DNA from: a virus
Length of the DNA stretch: 64,000 nt
Reading direction: 5' to 3' (one strand)
IMG/VR virus record: IMGVR_UViG_3300028920_000029
Coordinates: 96,001 to 160,000 of that record
The notes under the pieces are model-generated. The model had not been told where the DNA came from, made no database searches, and worked only from the letters and a program-made list of their open reading frames with translations. Numbering within the stretch: position 1 is the stretch's first letter; every line of letters begins with the position of its first letter. Of this stretch, positions 57,634 to 64,000 are shown piece by piece. The position numbers were made by a program, and so were the translations under genes.

Positions 57634-58226
57634 CAGGAATCCATATATTTAGCTATGATATTGAATGCTTTTTTGTAATACTTTTGTCTGTTATACCAAT
57701 ATCTTCGACTTATCCTAATGGCAACTTTAGCGGCGTGACGTTCTTCTTCCTCCGTTTTACACTTACTTCTGGTAAACTTACAAGTAACTTCTTTTCCATC
57801 TTCAGACGGTATAGTTTTCATATCCAATTCACCGTACTTTTCTTGGTGTAGTTTATAAAGTGGGGTATCCAGTTCGTCTTCTTCGTGAACCTTTTTGAGG
57901 TATGTGGCAGCTAAACGCATAAGTCTTGCGTAAGACTTATTATGAATATGATAACCGTACTTCGCGTGATGCTTGGCTAACTCTTCCAGACGTTTTTGTA
58001 TCATTGGAATAAAATATACTGAGGTATCCCAGTCCTCGTTGTTATACATAAAACGAAACCACCGAAATGCTCTGGAAAACTTTTCTGGAAATCTGGTAAT
58101 CTCACACCAAACATCTTTAAAAAATCTTACGACGGCCCACCAACCTCCACCAAAACACCTTTCTACGCTTTTGGCGAACGTATCTGTTAGAACGACTTTG
58201 TATTGCTTATCTTTCTCTTTATGCAA
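57624..58226 (-). CDS. conserved phage hypothetical protein
   Basis: DWD..F, C-terminal WWN. Confidence 0.65.
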   Translation of the reverse strand: MHKEKDKQYKVVLTDTFAKSVERCFGGGWWAVVRFFKDVWCEITRFPEKFSRAFRWFRFMYNNEDWDTSVYFIPMIQKRLEELAKHHAKYGYHIHNKSYARLMRLAATYLKKVHEEDELDTPLYKLHQEKYGELDMKTIPSEDGKEVTCKFTRSKCKTEEEERHAAKVAIRISRRYWYNRQKYYKKAFNIIAKYMDSWWN

Positions 58227-58441
58227 TTTACTCCTCCATCAATACATCACAATTAGATTTGGGTATAGGACAAAACTTAAGTGCCTCTTTACCGTATAAA
58301 GTTACTAGATGTTCAAAATACTCCCACTTCGTCAGGTCTTCGTACATCGCACAAATATCGAAGTTTAAACTTCCTCCATATACCATGTCATCTATTATCC
58401 ATCTACTACCATCTACCATATTGACCACCTCCAGTTTATTA

Positions 58442-58470
58442 AGTATACACTAAAACTCCTCTGATTTCAA
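58442..58470 (-). promoter_or_regulatory. sigma70/sigmaA-type promoter
   Basis: TTGAAA-17nt-TATACT with extended TG. Confidence 0.6.
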
Positions 58471-58579
58471 GTTATTTTTTAACATTTTTCGTACGCGTTT
58501 TCGGCCCTTTTTCTTAAAATATCGCTTTGACTTTGTGTGCGCTTCCTCTGGGTGGGACGGTCGTTTAGCTGTATATAAT

Positions 58580-59401
58580 TTATTTATGCTTTTTGCCACC
58601 AGTTTTTCTCCTTTTAGTATACCTATCACACGAACTTCTAAAATAGCAGGTTGCACAAGACGCCTCTTTTTTGTGGTAAACCTTTGTTGTTTCAATGGCG
58701 TGTATAACATCAATAAGCTTGTTAAACTTATCTACCCTACTTTCCTTTGCTGAAGCTAACTCTTTCTTATTTATTTTCTTATTTAAAAACATATACATAA
58801 AACTCATGTCTCGGTCAAAGATTAAAGTATACAACATTACCTGAAAATTGTTTGTCCAACTCTTTTTGAACGACGTAATATTTTGAGTTTTAAAATCTAT
58901 TACCAATCCTGGAGCTATGTATAGGTCTATCTTTCCGTTTACCAATATATGACTATATCTCTCCCACTCTTTGTGTAGTCTATTTTTTGGGAGGGTTGTG
59001 GCCAAGTCTCCTATACTAATAGAAAATTGTTTCTCTGGCTCTATCTTTGCGGAGTATAGTTTGTTATCTACTACCCAAGATACATACGGTCTAACGTAGT
59101 TGTTCACTATCATATAGTATGGCATAAGTCCTTTTGTATTTTTAGAGTACTGACCGTGTCTTTGTATGGCAATACTCTGTCCCTTAGTTAATATTTTCTT
59201 AAATAGGTCATCCGTATTATCTGCGAAGTTTTGGGTTAACAACCACCTATTAAGATCCTCTAAGACCTTATGTACTAATCCGCCAAATACCATACCCTTA
59301 CTCGGAGCACTTTGCTGACGCTTTAAGTACTTTAAACTGTATCCGTATGGGCAGTTTAACCATTGCTCTATCTTAGTTGCAGATATCTTAGTTATAGCCA
59401 T
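58580..59401 (-). CDS. PD-(D/E)xK (Cas4/RecB-like) exonuclease
   Basis: ISATKI..CP, GGLVHKVLE, GKIDL, IDFKT, QVMLY, CATCYFRSSC. Confidence 0.85.
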   Translation of the reverse strand: MAITKISATKIEQWLNCPYGYSLKYLKRQQSAPSKGMVFGGLVHKVLEDLNRWLLTQNFADNTDDLFKKILTKGQSIAIQRHGQYSKNTKGLMPYYMIVNNYVRPYVSWVVDNKLYSAKIEPEKQFSISIGDLATTLPKNRLHKEWERYSHILVNGKIDLYIAPGLVIDFKTQNITSFKKSWTNNFQVMLYTLIFDRDMSFMYMFLNKKINKKELASAKESRVDKFNKLIDVIHAIETTKVYHKKEASCATCYFRSSCDRYTKRRKTGGKKHK

Positions 59402-59421
59402 ATAGTCTCCTATAAGTTATT

Positions 59422-59503
59422 CGCGGCGGCCTGGAGGCACCGTATTTGGGTGAAAATACGAGTGGGTAGTAGGAGGGGAGACCTAATACTGGTGGCCGCC
59501 GCG
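59422..59503. other. GC-clamped three-way-junction element
   Basis: CGCGGCGGCC/GGCCGCCGCG enclosing two hairpins. Confidence 0.6.
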
Positions 59504-61528
59504 TTATTTATTAAGTACTTTTGATATTCCATCTCTCTTCTCCACAATAATTAAATTTTCAAACATATCTTCAAGATCGGGAAAGTGCGTAACAACAAAA
59601 ATCTGAAATTTGTTTGCCAATAATTTTATCATATCTCCTATAATCTCCCTAGCTTTATCATCGAGGTCAGTGAACCCTTCATCTATAATCATAAATCTAA
59701 ACCCGTATTTTGTAGCCATAATAGTTGAGAATGCCAACCTAATAGCAAAGTTAACTGTTGACCTTTCTCCACCAGACAAAAGTTCCAACCCGTATATTCT
59801 ATCCTCGGAAATCTTTTTTACCATAATATCAAACGTGGGCTTGAACCCTTCCCCAGATTTCTTCTGCCGCTCCATTTGAAATATAACAGAGTAGTTCATA
59901 ACCCGTAATAGAGAATTAGCTAACGTAGCTATCTCTCCTAACGCAGTAGTAAAAAGCCACCGCTGTATACCATTAGGAGACAGTATCTCTCCCACACTTC
60001 TAAGTATCTTTTCAGCTCTTGCGTGACCTTGTATATCGTTTTCTAATACACCGATTTCACTGGCGTATGAATCTACGCGCCGTGTATCGTTTAGGTGGTC
60101 AGACAGCCTACCAGTAAGCCTGGTTAACTTTGACTTAAACTCATCTAACTCGCCACGTATATCATTTATTTTTCTTTCCGCAGCTACATTCTCTGCACTT
60201 TCTACGGCCTTCCATTGCTCCTTTAAGCTTGCTAAAGACTTCTCAAACGCCTGTACCTGTGTCTCTAATGTACGTACCTGCCCAGATAGCATGGCTATCT
60301 TACTCTCAACATCTTCTTTACTTCTGATATGTTCTGCGTATACCACAGCTTGTTGTGTTATAGTTGCTAACTCCTCACTATCTTTTACCCTCTTAGCTTT
60401 AGCAGCGTCGGTTTTTTTAGTCAGCTCGGTTAGTTCGTTTGATTGTTTTTGTATTTCTATGTTTACGTGGTCCGCTATAGCTGTTTGTTCCTCACCTGTT
60501 AAAGCTCTATCACACATCGGACACCTATTAGCGCTTAGCATATCCTGCATGGAGGCCCTATATTTCTGCAGTACATCAGTCTTTATTTTTACCTCATGCT
60601 CAAGAGACGCTATATACTTCTCCATATTTAAAGAGCTGGCTACAAGCGCCTGCCTGTAGTTGTCGTCTATGGCAGTTATCTTTTTAGACTTTAGGTTATC
60701 TAATATAGTCTTCTGCTGCGTTAAGGCTGTAGTCGATTGATCTAGGGAATTCTTAGCTAACTTATAGTTTCCCTCCGCAGTATCAAGTTGAGATTTTAGC
60801 TCAACCTTTCTATTCATATTGTTTATAGTTGCTGCGTGCGCCGTAAGGACTTCTTCTTTTTGTTTTATCGCATCATTAGTACTTGCTATGTCGCTCTTTA
60901 GTTTCTCCGTATCAACTCCAGCAACAATTTCCTTTAGCTCGTCCATACTCTTAGTAAGCATCTCCATCTTTACTTTAAACTTACTTGTCGACTTAGATAG
61001 TTGAGTACTTAAACTTTTTGCGACGTCGTAATACTTTCTCCACCTATCTATGTCAAGAAGCTCCATTATGAATTCTGACTTCATTTTAGGAGATAGCAAC
61101 CCAAAGAACTGGTTAAACCCCTGGGCCTGGAATATCGTTTGGTCGAATAGCCTTTTACTTATCTTAAGAGTTTGGCGTATAAACTTTTCTACCTCGACCT
61201 TAGATTGCGACGTTTTCACTCCATCCTTATATAAATCTATGGAGTAACTATCCGTAGTCATTATCTTTTGTATTTTAAACGTTGTGGAGTCGACTATAAA
61301 CTCTAGCTCTACCGAACCAGTGGACTTACCGTGCTGTAAATATTGTGAGGTTTTACCATATAGGGCGTATTCGATACCATCAAATATAGATGATTTACCC
61401 GCACCATTCGACCCGCTCCTATCAATGTTTATACCTTTTATTAGCACTGGCGAAGCCATAGTTGAAAAGTTTATATACGTATCTCTGTGTGATTTAAAGT
61501 TTTTAAGTCTTAGGCTTTTCAGTATCAT
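59504..61528 (-). CDS. sbcC: SbcC/Rad50-like SMC ATPase
   Basis: GSNGAGKS, Q-loop, Zn-hook CPMC, LSGGE, IIDEG, VVTH. Confidence 0.92.
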   Translation of the reverse strand: MILKSLRLKNFKSHRDTYINFSTMASPVLIKGINIDRSGSNGAGKSSIFDGIEYALYGKTSQYLQHGKSTGSVELEFIVDSTTFKIQKIMTTDSYSIDLYKDGVKTSQSKVEVEKFIRQTLKISKRLFDQTIFQAQGFNQFFGLLSPKMKSEFIMELLDIDRWRKYYDVAKSLSTQLSKSTSKFKVKMEMLTKSMDELKEIVAGVDTEKLKSDIASTNDAIKQKEEVLTAHAATINNMNRKVELKSQLDTAEGNYKLAKNSLDQSTTALTQQKTILDNLKSKKITAIDDNYRQALVASSLNMEKYIASLEHEVKIKTDVLQKYRASMQDMLSANRCPMCDRALTGEEQTAIADHVNIEIQKQSNELTELTKKTDAAKAKRVKDSEELATITQQAVVYAEHIRSKEDVESKIAMLSGQVRTLETQVQAFEKSLASLKEQWKAVESAENVAAERKINDIRGELDEFKSKLTRLTGRLSDHLNDTRRVDSYASEIGVLENDIQGHARAEKILRSVGEILSPNGIQRWLFTTALGEIATLANSLLRVMNYSVIFQMERQKKSGEGFKPTFDIMVKKISEDRIYGLELLSGGERSTVNFAIRLAFSTIMATKYGFRFMIIDEGFTDLDDKAREIIGDMIKLLANKFQIFVVTHFPDLEDMFENLIIVEKRDGISKVLNK

Positions 61529-62606
61529 CTATTCCTAATTCCTCCAAGTCAAACGGTGAATCATTTTTTGTCAGAGTCTCGTTTTGGATTTTATCACATA
61601 TACCTAATATGATATCCTTCTCTGCAACTAAATCATTTTTCTTTATCCAGTCATCCATAAACGCCCGCGAGTTTGTTAAGGTTGTGTCTGTTGCCGTTTC
61701 AAATGTAACATCCTGTAGATTTAAGTCTATGTACGCAAAGTTATTTGTTTTACTTAATTGAGAATATAGTTTATCAACCTTAGGTAACGCTTCCACAGTT
61801 ACCCCCTTGGCTACTATTTTTACTATAGCTGAGTCCAATGCGTAAACCTCCTGCGGAACGTTTCGTATATCTACCTCATAGATGGGCATAGCTGGGGTAA
61901 CTATTGTTTCCACGTTACCTTCATCCCACATATATATGGATTTATTAGGTTCTTTCTCCCCTAAATTCCACCTAAATGGAGAACCACCGTAAGCCCAATT
62001 ACCGTATACAAACCCCGCTTTGTGTATATGTCCTAAAGCGCCGTACTTAACCTTTGTCATATCCTGTAATAACTCAACAGGAACTACATATTCGTTAGAT
62101 GGCGGGGTAATACCAGGAACACTTCCAGTAACCCAAAAATGTCCTATAGCAAATAGGTTATCCCCAGTATACTCATCATGCAATTCTTGTATCTTAGCTA
62201 GCTCATCCTCCTGATTTAAGTATACGTATGGCATCGCCAAAACATCTATGTCTCCAACCGTATATATACCAGTTTCGGATAATACGTGTAAGTTTGGTAG
62301 AGCTAGTGATTCTATTGGACTTAAAGTATGGTGCGATCCTTCCTTAGCTGGGATGTCGTGATTACCAGGAACGATAACTAAATGAGTATTTAAATCTAAT
62401 ATTCTACGTATAAAAGCGTTGGCTAGAGAACGCTCACCAGATGTTGGAAGTTTTGTATTAAATAAATCTCCAGCTATGAATACATAGTTGGGTTTTCTTT
62501 CTTCTATAGTATCCAAAATAAACCGTATAGAAGTAATTAAATCTTTTCTATACCGCTTATCCCGTTTTAGTTCTATGTGAATATCTGATAAATGTAGTAT
62601 TTCCAT
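61503..62606 (-). CDS. sbcD: SbcD/Mre11-like nuclease
   Basis: SDIH, AGDLF, GNHD, LGHIH, YGGSP. Confidence 0.92.
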   Translation of the reverse strand: MEILHLSDIHIELKRDKRYRKDLITSIRFILDTIEERKPNYVFIAGDLFNTKLPTSGERSLANAFIRRILDLNTHLVIVPGNHDIPAKEGSHHTLSPIESLALPNLHVLSETGIYTVGDIDVLAMPYVYLNQEDELAKIQELHDEYTGDNLFAIGHFWVTGSVPGITPPSNEYVVPVELLQDMTKVKYGALGHIHKAGFVYGNWAYGGSPFRWNLGEKEPNKSIYMWDEGNVETIVTPAMPIYEVDIRNVPQEVYALDSAIVKIVAKGVTVEALPKVDKLYSQLSKTNNFAYIDLNLQDVTFETATDTTLTNSRAFMDDWIKKNDLVAEKDIILGICDKIQNETLTKNDSPFDLEELGIDDTEKPKT

Positions 62607-62976
62607 ACTCGATCACCCTAAAAAGCCTATCGTTAAGTCTTCTACTATTACTGTACCACCTACGCATACGCCTAATTCTAGTAACTATAGAGTTAATTCT
62701 TTTAGTTACCGAGCGCTCCGCCTTAGCCGTAAGCATTGTAGAAGTCGAAGGCTTATCAATATTTTCCTTCGGTATGGGATCTCCTAACAGTTTCATTAAC
62801 CTATTCAGGTCTCCCCCAGTTTTACAGCCGAAACAATAAAAACTGTTTGTTGCTGGGTAAATTGTAAAGGACGCTACTTTCTCGTTGTGCCACGGAAATG
62901 GACAAGGTATTCGTAGTGTGTCACCCACACCCTTAGGGACGTATCCTTTTGATCTTAAGTAATCCTCAATCTCCAC
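62557..62976 (-). CDS. stand-alone CHC2 (primase-type) Zn-finger protein
   Basis: CPFPWHNEKVASF..FYCFGCKTGGD. Confidence 0.85.
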   Translation of the reverse strand: MEIEDYLRSKGYVPKGVGDTLRIPCPFPWHNEKVASFTIYPATNSFYCFGCKTGGDLNRLMKLLGDPIPKENIDKPSTSTMLTAKAERSVTKRINSIVTRIRRMRRWYSNSRRLNDRLFRVIEYGNTTFIRYSHRTKTG

Positions 62977-63421
62977 GCTTTTTACGTCCTTTCTTTTTTG
63001 GGACTTTCTTAGCTATTCTTTTTCTTATATCTTCCCTAGACGTTTTAACTCGATTAACTGTGTAAAGTTTCTTTAGTGCCTTATCCAGCTTACATGACGG
63101 AATAACCATACGTTTTAGCGCGGACATCGATATATCCAATAGCTGCTCGTGTACTTCTACTACTCCATCAATAGATTGAAGATACACTAAATGGTCTGAC
63201 TCGTCAACCTTAAATGCTACCATATCTAAGTCGTAATAATCGCAAACGTCTCGTAACCACGACATAATATGCGTACACTTAAATGTGCCTAAAAATGTTA
63301 TCCACAATACTTTTGTGCCATTCTTGGTAAAAATCTTATAGTCATCGCACCGTACGTTAGGATTGTGTTCCTCTATGTTGGCTCTAATGTTATAGTATAG
63401 TAGGTCTTCATCTTTTGGCAT
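62966..63421 (-). CDS. hypothetical protein
   Basis: 151-aa ORF. Confidence 0.65.
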   Translation of the reverse strand: MPKDEDLLYYNIRANIEEHNPNVRCDDYKIFTKNGTKVLWITFLGTFKCTHIMSWLRDVCDYYDLDMVAFKVDESDHLVYLQSIDGVVEVHEQLLDISMSALKRMVIPSCKLDKALKKLYTVNRVKTSREDIRKRIAKKVPKKKGRKKRGD

Positions 63422-63572
63422 TCGCTTTCTTCTTCGGCGGAGGCTCTATCGCGACGTTTCGGACGCAGTCTTTTTCACGAATAGATAGTAATTTACCGCC
63501 CGTATAGATGTTTGTATACAGCGTAACCCTACCGCCGTCAAAGAATTTTATACTCATATCATCTTTCATTAT

Positions 63573-63998
63573 TTACACCTTTTTTAAGAAATCTATAACG
63601 TCTACCTCGTTGTCGCTCTTGTAGGAATATCCCTTACCGTTAATTCCGTAGTTATACCCTTCCTGCAAAAGTTTTGTCTTTGTAAAGTCTAAAGCGTCGC
63701 AAGGTCTATCTTTAGGATAAAGAGCAAGTACATCCCATCCCGCAGTCTTAACCTTATCCTTTATTATCTCTTCAGCAACCTGCTCCTGCGCGTTCATAGA
63801 TGCTGGAACGGTCTGAAGTATGGCATCTCTGTATGCTTCATAACTCTTAGTATTGTCTGGAGCCACAATTCCCGTACCTATATCAACATACTCATCTGGA
63901 TAACAGAAAACAACTATTACCTTCTTAACCTGTTTGTTAGGAAAGGCTGTGTTGTATTTGTTAAGAGCTATAAATGGATTATTCGCCCCAGCTCCTCC
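63573..63998 (-). CDS. hypothetical protein, 5'-truncated by the window edge
   Basis: frame stays open upstream of 63866 to the end of the window. Confidence 0.6.
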   Translation of the reverse strand, partial: GGAGANNPFIALNKYNTAFPNKQVKKVIVVFCYPDEYVDIGTGIVAPDNTKSYEAYRDAILQTVPASMNAQEQVAEEIIKDKVKTAGWDVLALYPKDRPCDALDFTKTKLLQEGYNYGINGKGYSYKSDNEVDVIDFLKKV

Positions 63999-64000
63999 AT

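Noticed and set aside
58580-59401. CRISPR-associated cas4
   Set aside because: Stand-alone PD-(D/E)xK nuclease next to sbcCD, typical of phage recombination modules.
9-62214. Plus-strand ORFs in the track, and ORFs overlapping tRNAs (31858, 32548, 35179, 35337, 35770)
   Set aside because: They are antisense shadows of minus-strand genes or tRNAs, with no recognisable motifs.

Overview
A 64-kb slice of a large lytic bacteriophage genome. Essentially all genes are on the minus strand, with strong AGGAGG(TG) ribosome-binding sites and sigma70/sigmaA-type promoters (TTGACN-16/17-TATACT). Reading right to left: (1) a recombination/replication block (CHC2 primase Zn-finger, SbcD/SbcC, Cas4-like nuclease); (2) nucleotide-pool genes and a ~14-kb sugar-nucleotide/glycosyltransferase cluster (Gmd, His-type 3-dehydratase, SDR reductase, NeuA/NeuB, two GT10, GT25, GT7, GT4-GT2, Maf-like); (3) a 4.6-kb RNA locus with 29 CCA-ended tRNAs covering all 20 amino acids, an RNase P RNA, two HNH endonucleases and a tRNA split by an HNH+tRNA-Tyr cassette; (4) ~31 kb of small accessory genes in several paralog families, including a MoxR/VWA pair, with two non-coding repeat/palindrome blocks that may mark genome termini. 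The main finding lies between the array promoter and the first tRNA: an unannotated 50-codon leader ORF (36493-36645) containing all 20 amino acids and a codon for nearly every isoacceptor in the array, followed by mutually exclusive antiterminator/terminator helices. This looks like a ribosome-stalling attenuator that would switch on the phage tRNA set when any host tRNA becomes limiting. All calls were made by eye from the sequence; no searches were run.
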